64,000 bases of DNA, taken from contig OZ316775.1 in the NCBI GenBank assembly GCA_973851085.1, positions 22,134,001-22,198,000 on the forward strand, read 5' to 3'. This stretch comes from Ptychomitrium polyphyllum. Taxonomy: Eukaryota. Below the pieces are notes generated by a model. The model searched no databases, was not told the origin of the DNA, and saw only the letters and a program-made list of their open reading frames with translations. Shown here one piece after another: positions 1 through 16,963 of the stretch. Numbering within the stretch: the first letter of the stretch is position 1; every line of letters starts with the position of its first letter. Made by a program: the position numbers and the translations under genes.

Positions 1-526
1 TCCGGGCATGGTCTTCGCGTCTGCATTGTCAATATAAGCAAGCATAAGCATCAACAAAGAAGATGCTTCATTTGTTACGCCATTGAGATACGTATGGTTT
101 CTTTTCTGTCCCTTCACTCTTCTCTGTACAGCTGTGGAACCGACAGTCAGAACACGGCTCTAAAGACCCATCTTCGAAACCTCATACCATTATGCAAGGC
201 AAGTCCAACATAAGTGCGAAGTCTCATTTTTGAAAGGTAAAATAATCTAATAATCTTGTAGAATTCAATCAGCTTAGACGCTTGCAGTTAAGAAGGAGAA
301 GAATGTGTATGGTTAAACTGAAATTTAGGGCAAAAAGATTCTTACATTCAAGCACATCTCGGGGGACGACTTCGGGGTTGGGCGCGGTAACTTCAGGTTG
401 CGTCTGCTTGGGCGCAGTAGCGCTGATCCGCTGAACACCAGAGCGCCTGGTGCTCTGAGGAGCAGCTCCGGCTACGAAGAGCTTGGCTCCAGAAATACAG
501 CTCACGGAGGACATGGCGGTCGCCAT
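1..526 (-). CDS. LHCSR: Stress-related light-harvesting protein LHCSR (LI818-like), copy A, 5' part only. Exon 1 is 526-346; exon 2 starts at 20 and runs off the window edge.
   Basis: ATG at 526-524 and a 181-nt exon 1 ending GAA T|GTAAG. The acceptor TGCAG|ACGCGAAGACCATGCCCGGA gives ...DVLEYAKTMPG. Exon 1 is 50/60 aa identical to copy B, with the same intron position and phase. Confidence 0.93.
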
Positions 527-2089
527 TCCAAACTCACTAAGCTCTCTTGAGCTGCAAATAAGTGGGGAGAAGAAAAGCAGGAGAGAGATAATCTGTGAAA
601 GGATGAATCGCTACGGATCTGCGGGAGGTGACAAATTATAAACGAATTCTCTAAATTCACACAGCTCTGCAGCCCCACAGATTTGAATGGTAGCGGTTGA
701 TTCACGTATTTCTGAGTTCGTACAGTTATTGGCAGAATGACAACATTCCGAACATTAATTGTCAGCTCAAGCCTTTGAGTGCATTCCAGAATCCACTCTT
801 AGTCAATCGACCGGTTAATCTTCTGTTCAAGTTCCACAGGTTGAATCAGCGAATTGGACACCCAAATTTGGCTCATCAGGGTATGTTCTCAGGCATCTGG
901 CAAGCTACTGTACATTACGCTTGTGATCCTTGGAAATTTTGTGTGGACAGGAGATACCAAGTTGTCTCATCAACTAGAAAGAATAGAACGCGAATGCCAG
1001 ACTTTCTGACTAACAGTACTATCGGCTACATCTCAATTCTGGTTACGATAATCAGGGTATTGGCAGAATCTCTGATTTTCGGTGAAGTCCTAATTGCATT
1101 CTAAGTCTAATGCCAACCTCGGCATGTGTATAAATTGAGCGTGTGCAACACGAAAGTCCCCATGTGACGGCGTGCACAAGCGTGTGCATATTGCAATTTT
1201 CGACACTGATTTCGAGGAAATCACTCACATAGCGACGACAAATCTCTCAGCTGAACTCTCCGAAGATGCCGCGAAGTGAGGCAATCATGCAGAACGGTAA
1301 ATTTTCGCACAAGGGTATGACTAGGGTATGACTCAGTTGTTCCGCAGTACAACAGAAAGGAGAGAAATTGTGAGGAAGCATTATTTTCGAAGATGCCATG
1401 CAAACGATCGTCAATGAGCACACCCAATCGGACAGGGAGTCCTCCGAGACGGGAACACCTGTGGATCAAGAATTAGATCTGAGACCGCGATTTTAGACGC
1501 TGGACGAGCAGCAGCCAAGTGGAGGAGATGCAGGGGACATGCGGGCAAAAAGCTCGAGCTGCTCAACCTTTTAACTTATGACGAGGAAAAGGGGCTAAAG
1601 GAATGGCGACGCATCCGAGTCCGGGGCCACGAGAGTCAGAGTGGCACAAAGCGAGGGACTGGTGAAGATAGAATTGGGTTCTGGAATTGGGTGGAGGACG
1701 CTAGAAGCGCAACCATGGGCTGCAGAAAGACAAGAACTCCTGCCACCTTTCCCCGTCATGACTAGATGCGACCCCCACGATGCGCTTTCAGATTTGCCGC
1801 CAGGATTTGGCCACGATCAGATTGCTCACCCAATTCTGAGGTTGAGAAACGATTTTCATCTATCATCACATGAACGCGCTCGGTGACTGGTACAACTGGA
1901 AAGTTACTTATTTTATTATCGAATTTCGAATAAGTAGAATTTAGTGAATGCCGCCAATGAACCTGAGGCTCCCCTGCATCATAAAACGACATCGCTCATC
2001 CTCTAATCTCTCAGATATCGTTTCCTCTTCCTACACTCCACTTGTTTTCCACTTGGCTGCAGCGTTTTGAAGCAGAAAGTTTGTGTACT

Positions 2090-3164
2090 ATGGCGACCGC
2101 CATGTCCTCCGTCAGCTGCATTTCTGGGGCTAAGCTCTTCTCTGCCGCGGCTGCCCCTCAGGCAACCAGGCGCTCAGCCATACAACGCATCAGCGCTTCT
2201 TCCCCCAAGCAGACCCAACCGGAGATCACCGCACCCAACCCCGAACTCGTCCCCCAAGATGTCCTCGAATGTAAGTGACCTTCTCGAAGGCATCTAACTT
2301 CTTGCTGGCTTGAAAGTTTAGAGTATAATACCGCATTGTACTAATTGCCCTTCCTTTCTAAGCTCGTCCAACATATTACGTGTGTATAACGTCGTCGGCC
2401 TCCGAGAAGTCTGCATTGTAGCACTGCTTCACATTACATGGCTATGCTATAGGTATTTATATTAGTGTAGGATCGTCTTCGTCGGCTTATATATGTAAAG
2501 ACGTCAGCTTTCTCGAATAGTAGACGATGCTCTGTGACCTTTCTAGTAAGTTGCTGATGTTGTTTCCTAATTGCTCCTGCATAACAATGCAGACGCGAAG
2601 ACCATGCCCGGAGTGTGCGCCCCATTCCCCGCCATCTTCGACCCCGCGGATCTGCTAGCCCGCGCCGCCTCCAGCCCCCGCCCCATCAAGGAGCTCAACA
2701 GATGGCGCGAGTCCGAGGTCACCCACGGCCGCGTCGCCATGCTGGCGTCGCTGGGCTTCATCGTCCAGGAGCAGCTCCAGGACTACAAGCTCTTCTACAA
2801 CTTCGACGGCGGCATCAGCGGCCCTGCCATCTACCACTTCCAGCAGGTGGAGGCTCGCGGCGCCGTGTTCTGGGAGCCGCTGCTGTTCGTCATCGCGCTG
2901 TGCGAGGCTTACAGAGTGGGCCTCGGGTGGGCCACTCCGCGCTCCGAGGACTTCATGACGCTGAGGGACGACTACGAGCCCGGCAACCTGGGGTTCGACC
3001 CGCTGGGCCTGCTGCCGTCCGACCCCCAGGAGAGGAAGGACATGCAGACCAAGGAGCTGAACAACGGGCGCCTGGCCATGATCGCCATCGCCGCGTTCGT
3101 CGCGCAGGAGCTGGTGTCCGGCGAGGAGATCTTCGTGCACTTGTTCAAGAGACTGGGCATCTGA
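2090..3164 (+). CDS. LHCSR: Stress-related light-harvesting protein LHCSR, copy B, 250 aa. Exons 2090-2270 and 2593-3164.
   Basis: Transit-peptide-like N-terminus and a GT-AG intron at 2271-2592 with consistent phase. LHC helix motifs [15 protein letters not shown] and [17 protein letters not shown]-typical [15 protein letters not shown] and [14 protein letters not shown]-terminus [10 protein letters not shown]. Confidence 0.97.
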
Positions 3165-6100
3165 GGCGCGGGACGTGTACATAGGCCTCGGTTTTTCTCT
3201 CGACGAGCATCGGCACGTCGTGCGCGTGCCGCGCGTGTGTGTGTGAGTGTGTGTCTGCGTCTGCGTGTGCGAGTGTGTAAAGCGGGATGTATGCGGCAGC
3301 GGTGAAGCTCTGTGTGATTCGCAGTTTTGGTGGTGAGCGTTGCATCATCTGCTGCAGAGTACACACTTCGTATTCTTGAGTCGAAGTTCGCTTGGTATTA
3401 CCTCGGTGATTCTGCGGTACCATTTCTCCAGGGTTGTTGAGAATTGTAAAATGTTCACGGAGGCAGCAAATGAGAAGAAGGTTGTGTACAAATGTAGACT
3501 GTTTTTGGTTGGTTCTGTTGAGCCTGCTGTGGATAAGTTTTGCATGACTTGTTTGTATTGTTTTTTGCATGTAAGATTTGTTTCACATTCTGTTTGTTTA
3601 GGGAACAGAGATGAAAATGCCTGTTGATGCATGTGGACTTTGCTGACCATGTTGCGTTGTTGAGTATAGTGTTAAACTGTTATTCATTTTTCAGAAGATA
3701 TACTCCCTTTAAATTTTGTAATGGGTATGTACAAATTTACATTCAATAGATGGTGTGCATGTTGGAAGGAATTTCTCAAATCTTCGTGAAACCCGAAAAT
3801 GATTAAATTTATTGTATAAACTATTATGACATCCAAGCAGTTGTCGGCTAAATGCCTCTTTTCCGAGGCTAATTTATTTGTTTCTAATTATGGATATTTC
3901 TAAAGTTCACCTAGTTTCCAATTTGAAATGAATAATTCGATGTTTTCGTAGTGTAATACATATAAGTTGCAGAAAATTATGTATTATTCTCTTCCTAAAC
4001 TTTGTATTTTACTTTCTTCGATGTATATATGTTTGAAGTAGAAAGTACTTTATACTTATACTAACCTCATTTGAAAAATGTTTTTGGTAAGGTGAAAAGT
4101 ATATAATGCTATATTAGAAAACTAAGTAAGTAAAATTTGCAATATGAATGGAAAATTTTGGAATGGATGAAATGTACATTTCATGTATTCAATAGTTAGC
4201 ATTGGAATTAATATAAAGAGTAAGACTTTGCAACATTGTGTACATTCCTCTGAATTAATTATGTACACCCATTTTTATTTGCAATAATAGGCTAAACCAC
4301 TATATACTTCCTTCCAGTCCTTGGCACGCGATTGACGATGTTTTCTTCTTTTTCAAGTATATTAATGATAGTGGGCTTGGATCTTTCAGATGCCGCTGTA
4401 AATTGACTCTAGTGCTCATGTAAAAGCTTATGTAAAAGAGTTGCTGGTTCGAAGTTGTGCAATTGTAGAAATTACAAACAATATCGATTTCGGGTTGTAT
4501 CCATTGTGGTCAGAAGTTAATAATGATTATTTGAACATTCTATAATGTTTTGATAACAGTACCCTATTTAATTCTTGAAATTAATGCCGAAGTTTTTACG
4601 TACTTAAAAAAAAAAAATTCAGTAAAAGGTATTGTATCTGTAAGTAATCTTTTACTCTTTATTTTTACTTATCAAATTTCAATTTAAATTTGTGAAAATT
4701 GAAATTAATAGAAATTTTCATCTCTAAATCAGTTTCCACAATTAGAATTTACGTTTTACAATTCAATGGAATCATAACTTCCAAATTCAAAAATTTAGCA
4801 TATTCATGTTAAAAACATTATATAATAAGAAAACTGTTCAAAGTAATATAAATTTGCCGAAGAATGTACTTGAATCAATTTCAAAGATCTCAGATATGAT
4901 GGTCAAAATATTTAAATTAAATAAAACCTTCATCATATTAAGAAAAATTTGGAATAATTTGAATTCTTCACATAACTCTACAAGTATTTTAATACATGCA
5001 ATTGGCTTTAAAGTCTTCAAAGTAATAATTTAAAAAGTTTTTTTTCAATACATTTGAATATGGATTAAAAAACCCTTTGTTCATAGTTGCCTTTTGATTT
5101 CTTAGTAGCCTTTACATTACTTGCGCTTTTTGTGTGAAAAGTACCTTGGCCTATATTAAATGATCTAATTTTTAAAACTTCAATATTGTTGTCATCATCT
5201 TGGTTATTAACAACAATGTCTTCAATTTACAAGATATTTCTTTTTTAACATTTAATCATGATTCTAATTTTTAAATTCCAATTTCTTTCACATAGTTTTT
5301 CTTTCAAACATTGTGTAGCACAAAATACTAATAGATGTAAAATAATTTTAAGTGCTTCTTCATCTTTTTTTTCCACATTTTAAGTGCCTTAGCCAAAGTA
5401 TCTTCCATTAAATTTTTTTGACTCATTCAAATCAATATTAAAATAACAAACCTTTACAAATTTAACATCATTATGTTTGATATTGCCTTATTGGTACAAT
5501 TTAGATTATAATAACCACATAAATTATTTTTAAAATGGCACCTAAATTTTAAAGTCTATTGTAATGTTCTTTAATTTTCTTCTTCGAAGTTTGATTTATT
5601 TGATTCTTGCCAATGATGTTATTTTGAAATATTGCATAAAATTAAACAATATAGATAATTTTCCACTTATGATTATTTTCCTTTCTTTGGATTAATAACA
5701 ATAATTCATCACTATTAACCAAAAGTCTCGTCCATTTGCTTTGGGTCTTTACAAATGGGTCTTTTCATAATTCAAAAGAAACTAAAAGATAATCCTAAAA
5801 CATTTATAGCTTATAATGAACAAGCATAACAAACTTCTAAGATAAAACTATTTTAATTTTGAAAATTGTTTGGTGGCATAAGTTTTGAATGGTTTTTAGA
5901 TTTTTAAAATACTATAAACAATTGCAATGCTATTTGACAATGACAAATGTTATTTGTATATTATGCATTTATTTGTAATTGATTCACTTGCCAACAACAA
6001 AATTATGTGAGTACAAGGTGAACGTTAGTTGTAAAGTAACAAACAACCATTTATTGGCTAAATATAATAAAATCAAAATCTAATTACAAAAATTAGCAAG

Positions 6101-6890
6101 AAAATTGAAAGTAGAACTAAAATTTTTGAAAATGGAATTTAAGAGAATGAAAGTATATATTTTAACAATATAATGATTTTATAACTGCGGAAATAGTTAA
6201 AACCATGTAAGAAAAGACAAAATTTATATTCCTATAATAGTGAAATTTTATCCAATTGCACTTATAAGTATGACTAAGAATAATTTAAACTTTGATATCT
6301 TGTCACTATTTAATTAGTGCTTTAAGAGAATTGGATTAAAAATGGATCATGAGTTAAGGCCAATGGCTTCCAATCTTTATATTGAAAAAAATTGATCACA
6401 AGTTTTGTGACGTCCACTTTTAGTGATAATTGTTTTATTGTGGACTTTTTCAACATTGAAAAATAAATGAGGTCACCACCAACCACTATTGTATAGGCAT
6501 TTTGTGGAAAGGTGGTTCTAAACAAGATCTTTAAACCTAGGCTGCGGTCATCATTGAATTTGCTACAAGGATGTTGTAAAAATGCATCAAAAGGTATCAG
6601 AAGCAAGAATCTGGAAGCAGAGAAGGTGCCACCAGAACGGCGTCTAGTGTATGTGATGCCTATGCATTTGTCAATTTGAAGTAGGGAGTTTTGTGTGCCT
6701 CTAACCATTAAAGAACTTAATTGAAATATCATTATAATAAACAGAAACAAGGCCAAGATTCCAATATAATGTACACTTCTATGCAAGTGAGGCATTGCCT
6801 TAGTACCGGTTCCCCTCCTAAAAATTGTACGTGGGACGTTCCTTAGAGCAAGCCTTCTAAGTACCGGATCTTCAATGTTACTCAATACGT

Positions 6891-7363
6891 TGTCACGGAC
6901 ACAGACCATGCAAAATAGTCTTTAGAACCTTCTAGAACCTTTTGGTATATTGTAGTGGCTTCTTAGAATACTTTCAAATGTCTTTGTAGCGTTTTCCACT
7001 TCCTTACAAAACTTCCTAAAAAGGTTCTACTACCTTACAAAACTTCTAAGGAAGGTTCCAACTTGTTGAAAGCTCCTTAGGAAGGTTCCACCATTTTAGA
7101 AAACATCCAAGGACATCAACTTCTAGAACATTCTTAAGTTTTGTAGGAAGCTTCTTTACAAGTATTCTAGGAGATACAAGCGTCATAGTATAAATAGGAG
7201 GTAAGACAAGGTATATCTTGGTCTTGCCAACATAAGTTGTGGATCATCTTGTATCCTACCTTGTTCTACTCTTTGTATCAAATTCTTGTTAACCAATAAT
7301 TCTTTGGAATGTAATTTTTGAAAAATACTTTGTTTCTGCTTCTTGTTTCTTGTGTTCTTTACA
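6891..7363 (+). mobile_element. Solo LTR (~473 bp) of an LTR retrotransposon
   Basis: Starts TGTCAC and ends TTTACA. Flanked by TACGT (6886-6890) and TACAT (7364-7368), a 5-bp TSD with one G/A change. Internal TATAAATAGG; homologous along its whole length to 10447-10892. Confidence 0.88.
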
Positions 7364-8643
7364 TACATGGGGCAGCTGTTGGAAATTAGGTGAAATATTA
7401 ATTCTTGGACGCGTAGTAAGTGGAGTTTTAGTCGTATAGTAGAACGATGCACGGAACTGGAAGAACTGGTATTATAATTTGACATAAGTGGTTGAACTAA
7501 AATTCTAAGCCGTCTTATTGACAAAAGAGGAGATCTAGGCCATTTCTAAAGAAGGAAGGACAAGTCGAATAAGTGTCAGATTAACTAAGTAGAGCCTTAA
7601 ACCATAGACGGAATTGATTATTATTCACTTAGAACTATAAGGGAGTGCATGATAGTAATCCTTACACACAATCTCAAATACAATTTGGATAGTACAAGGC
7701 AGCCAACCGTTGGATTGAACAATATAATTTTGACCTTTTAGCTTGTTCCAATTGACATTCTTCTTTGTTTGTTGCATATTTGTTTCAACCACATTATTTA
7801 TGTAGAAGAAAAAAGATCAATTATCCATCACCAAATCAAGCAAGTAGAAGTTTAAGAAATTTGTATCACATGTCTTCAAAAACATTTCTAAAATGCATGA
7901 ATTAGAGTGATTTATTATTATAGAAATGTAGCAAATATAGAAGTGATAGTAGCCTTCTTATATTTTGGCCATGTAGCATACCTTGCTTCCAACACATGCT
8001 TGAATTATATTTGGATTATATTTAGGTTTTATTTGTCCAATATATTAATTAATTTAAATATACTAGTAAGAGAAATAACAATACTTTGAGTATAGTATCT
8101 TTGTAGTATTTTGGAAAATAAGGTCTTTTGATTGAAGTATTGTAAAAAGGAATATGAATAATAAAGCGGAATAGGAATATAGTGGTGATCTAAGCAAGAA
8201 GACAAAGTATGAAATAAATAACTTTGCTTAGTGGACAAAGCAGAACTTAGTCAAAAAATCTCCTTTCGCAACCATGACTTAAAATTATGAACTTTCTTAT
8301 TATTACCAAAATTAGAGATATAACTTCAACTTCATATAATGGATGCCGACCCCCTAAAATACACCGTGTTTAAATACTATCATAAGGTTATTTATTTTCA
8401 ATTCTTTTACAATGCTACATAGTGAAATCTTGATAAAAATTGTGGATAATTGTGAGTAGTATGCCAAATGTCATAATAGAATTTCATATTATGCTTGGCA
8501 CAGGTAAGGTTGAAATGCGTTGGATATTTTTTACAAATCCTTCAAGCTTAAAAATAGCTTACTTTATTTAATATAATTGCTACCTGTTTTTTCAACAAAT
8601 TTTTCAACAACTTAATCAACAACACAATCAACTTTCCATTCAT

Positions 8644-8801
8644 TTGCTAATGCTATCCTTCTATAGATTATAATTTGAGTTATTAATTTCTTTATAAAAT
8701 TAATTTATAAAGAATCTAAGTTTCAAATTATAAATTGCTAATGCTACACTTCTATAGATTATAATTTGAAATTATAATTTGAAACTTAGATTCTTTATAA
8801 A
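8644..8801. repeat. Nested repeat: perfect 30-bp inverted repeat (8704-8733 / 8772-8801) plus a ~35-bp near-perfect direct repeat (8644-8678 / 8735-8769)
   Basis: TTTATAAAGAATCTAAGTTTCAAATTATAA and its exact reverse complement. TTGCTAATGCTA(TCC/CAC)TTCTATAGATTATAATTTGA occurs twice. Confidence 0.9.
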
Positions 8802-10446
8802 ACCATCAATAATCATATCAAATAATCAACATAGAAAATTCCACCTTTGATATAATGCAAACAAGAATATTATATTCTACAGAAAAATACCTAATTATAT
8901 AATTTGTTGCATATAATTTTATTCAAGCTAAAGTTTAAATATGCTATTCTTTGCTGAAAAGTCATATAAAAGTTCATTTAAAATTTAAAAAATACTTTAA
9001 TAAATCACATACAAAAGCATGTCATCTTCATATTCAAAGACATTATTTTGTCATATTACTAAGAAGGATTATTATTAAATATTATAAGTCATTTTCTTAC
9101 CACAAATGATTCAAAAATAGCCAAAATTTGATATTTATGCAACAAAAGTGAATTATACTAAATTGCAAAGTAAAAAGCACAAGACCTCGAGTTCAAAACC
9201 TCACAGCATTTCATTAGACACAACCATGTATACTATAAGAGATACATATTTAAAATTGTCCTAGCATTCATAAACAATACTACATATAAAATTGTCTTCA
9301 ACCATAAGGCCATCATTATCTATGAAGGGTATTCATTATATTTTAATAGAATTGTAATTGGCGTAGATGCTATTGTATTGTTAATTGTGTTCATTTGAAA
9401 ACCATGGTTTTTTTTGTTTTATTGTTCTTAAAGTAGCAAGTTGTTGTGCAATCTACACTTTGCGTTGTGCACAATTTTCAAGCATTAGTGCAAGTATGTT
9501 TATCTCTCTTTTCTTGCTTTGTTGTTTTCAAAAAAGATTATATAGAATAGATTATGTAAAAAAGGTTATATAAGGAATGGAGTTTTTGGTCTTATGATGT
9601 TTGTGACAATAAAGAAATAGATTATTAGATATCTTGCAAAATATTGACAAGAAAGATTTAGGATTTGGTGACTTGTCAAAAAAATTGTGTATTGTAAAGA
9701 TCCAATTTCATTTGATGTCAATTGAAAGGTATACATTTGACAAATTTATTTGGTGAGCAACTTGGATTTAAGACAAATAGTCACATTTTACAACACAATT
9801 TATTTGAAAATGTCACATGCCTTATGAAAATGTTATTAAGAATATTTTTAAATTGTTGATATTAATATATTTGATTGAACATCAAAAGCATGAACTCATG
9901 ATTGATGAAATGGTACAAATTCTATGTGTATATGATGAGAATTTGTAGTTTTCATCAATACTTTAGCCTAACATTTCAAACAAAATCAGATCAACATTTT
10001 TTTATTAAAGAATATTAAAAGATGTTTATAGATTTAGCTTATTGATTACTACAACAATCAAAAAGTTTGGAAGTACTTATTTAATATATAAGCAATTTAA
10101 AGCCTTATAATAAAATTATCAATTATAAAGAATGATACAGGATTTTTTGGGATGCATAACCATTTGAAGGATATGGGATTTGAAATTGTTTGAAAGAAAA
10201 GTGCAAGCATTGGAGTTTGTAGACTCATATGGATGCCAAAGTCCTTATCATTACCAAAAAATAACAAGATATGTTTTCAATTGCATGTGTATTTTGATTT
10301 ACTTTATAATGCCATATGGATATAGAAAATAAAAAGCCCTAGAAGTATAAAAAGTCTACATTTGTAACATTTTCTAGCAATTCAAGCAACTCATAGTCAT
10401 CTTAAAAAGCAAGAAATCAACAGCAAATGATAGTGAAGACATGTGG

Positions 10447-10892
10447 TATCACAAACATAAATCATACAATATAATCTCTGGAATCTTCTAGGACCTTTTG
10501 GTACATTCTAATAGCTTCTTAAAATACTTTCAATGCTTCATTAGTCATTCCAATCTTTGGAGAACTTCACGAGAAGGTCCCACTTCATTGGAAAATTGCT
10601 TAGGAAGATTTTGCTGCCTTGAAAAACTTCTCAAGAAGGTTCTATGTACTTCTAAAACATTCTTAAGCTTTACAGGTAGCTTCTTTAGAAGTATCCTAGG
10701 AAATACAAGAATCATAGTATAAATAGAAGGTAAGACAAGGTATACTTTAGTCTTGCCAATAAAAATTATGGGTCATTCTATATTGTGCCCTTATTCTAGT
10801 CTTTGTATCAATTCTTGTTAATCAGTAGTTCTTTGTTAGCTAATTCTTGAAAACCACTTTGTGTTTTCTTCTTGTTTTTTATGTCCCTACCA
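10447..10892 (+). mobile_element. Solo LTR (~446 bp), same family as 6891-7363
   Basis: Starts TATCAC (decayed TGTCAC) and ends CTACCA. Perfect TSD TGTGG at 10442-10446 and 10893-10897. Shares the core TCATAGTATAAATAG(A/G)AGGTAAGACAAGGTATA with the first LTR. Confidence 0.9.
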
Positions 10893-11229
10893 TGTGGTAT
10901 ATGACTTACACCAAGGCTTGAATCTAGTTTAGTGACTTTGTGTATAAATTGCCTTATCATTTATTAGATTATCATTTATTAGATAGAGGTTTTAATTATG
11001 GAATTATATCTTTTGGTAATGAGATTGTTTTTTGAAAAGGATATTTAAAGGGATTATTGACAAATTTCATGTGCAATTATTTAAATTCTTTTGAGTTTAA
11101 GATATTTGTTATATTTGTTTTGTAGGTAATATAACTTAAGCATACTAAAAATGTTTTTGACTATATTTATATGAAATTGATGGACTACACACCTTTGAAA
11201 CCTTGGTAACTTGAATGCGTATGTGCAGA

Positions 11230-11563
11230 AATTGCCAGATCCTCTTTAGACTCTGAGAAACTTCAACTATTACAGCAGTCCTGTTAAGGACCTTATTTCG
11301 CACCTGAAAGACTTGTGCACATTGATATCAAATGAGAACATAAGTGAGACCTCGTTGGAAAGAAAGGATCACTTTTCCTACTGCACTTTAAAACAATAAG
11401 TTGGTGATCTTGGATTTGCAAGGTTCTACTGTCCAAAGTTTGCCCGAGTCATTTGGATTTGCTGAACAATTTGGAGGTGCTAAACTTGAGTGCTTGTCAC
11501 GAACTCATTGCCTTCCCAGAATCGATTGGGAAACTCGAAAATCTGCGGGGTTTGACGCTTAAA
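11230..11563 (+). pseudogene. Remnant of an NLR-type leucine-rich-repeat coding region
   Basis: Reads KLVILDLQGSTVQSLPESFG, then a frameshift, then LNNLEVLNLSACHELIAFPESIGKLENLRGLTL, which fits the plant NLR LRR consensus. The upstream segment KLPDPL*TLRNFNYYSSPVKDL has an in-frame stop. Confidence 0.75.
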
Positions 11564-12658
11564 AAATACATTTCAATATAGGATTGTGAAGGACCACTTG
11601 TTCTGCTGGACCAGCCAATCTACGCTGACCGATCATATGCATATTGGATTAGAGAATGTGAAGCACGTTACACTTCAAATGGAGCATGGTTGATTGATAT
11701 TAAAAGTCACAGCTTCATCCCACAGGTCCAAAGATACTTCTCGATTAGTCAGAGCTGGAACATGAGGTTACACGCCTGCAAGGATTTTCTTCTGCTACTC
11801 GCTTCCAATCATAGGAGATACGATCTCCCTGATGGATATGAGTGGGAATGAATGTGAGCTTCTGTCGCTTTATTACTTGTCTACGAAAAGGCGGCAGGAA
11901 CTTCTAACGATACTGGAAGGTATTCCTCACAAGTTGCTTAATGTACAGGTAGAAACGTATGAGATTTGTTGCGATCCCGTTCCATGTAATTATAAGCGGT
12001 GCAGCTGGGCCAGTCTATATATCTGCAAAAGATTATCGGAATTCTGATTGGCCGCCAAGCCAGTTCTGGCTAATTGAAAAGGTGTTCAGCTGGTTGACCG
12101 TCACGCTGGGTCATGCTAGTTGAGGAAGTATCCATCTACTGGTACTTCAGGTCCCTAAGTAACTGATGGTCAGATTGAAATTAGTGACAAAAAGCAATAT
12201 TATTATACTGAGTAAATTCACAAGCTTTGAAAGAAACTTGTTAAATGTCGAGTGCTGTAGTGTCCACCTTACTTACAATGCTTCCATGTTTTCAACGTCT
12301 TTATCACAAATACACAGCGACGTCTTGACAAACTCCATTTTTCAAAAAATTAAAAGGAGAAACCTGATGGATGCGCTCATACTGAGAAATTAAGTAAAGC
12401 CAGTCAAAAAACTTGACAGAGCCTCAGTTTGTAGCAAAGTCTCGCTACAATCGTTGTACAAGCCCGCCTGATAATGTCATAAATAGTATATAATTACAGA
12501 ATGTACCTAGATCCGGCGTCAAGGTGAAATGATTGAGAACAAAAACGAACTCTATAAACTACAGCTCATGAGTCTGAAGTCATGCATATGCATCGGATGC
12601 TCCATAAGCAATGAGTGCAATGAGTTCAAGTCTTCAGTTGCAACGTTTGTACCAAGTC

Positions 12659-16963
<4,305 letters not shown>

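Noticed and set aside
2615..3364. Long overlapping ORFs (189, 175 and 130 aa) in other frames or strands over LHCSR exon 2
   Set aside because: Shadow ORFs caused by the extreme GC3 of the real CDS; no recognisable motifs.
6322..6909. 195-aa minus-strand ORF next to the first solo LTR
   Set aside because: It starts inside the LTR and I see no gag, pol or other domain motifs. It may be decayed TE sequence but cannot be supported as a gene.
6891..10892. A single full-length or non-autonomous LTR element
   Set aside because: Each LTR has its own distinct TSD, and the outer flanks (TACGT vs TGTGG) do not match.
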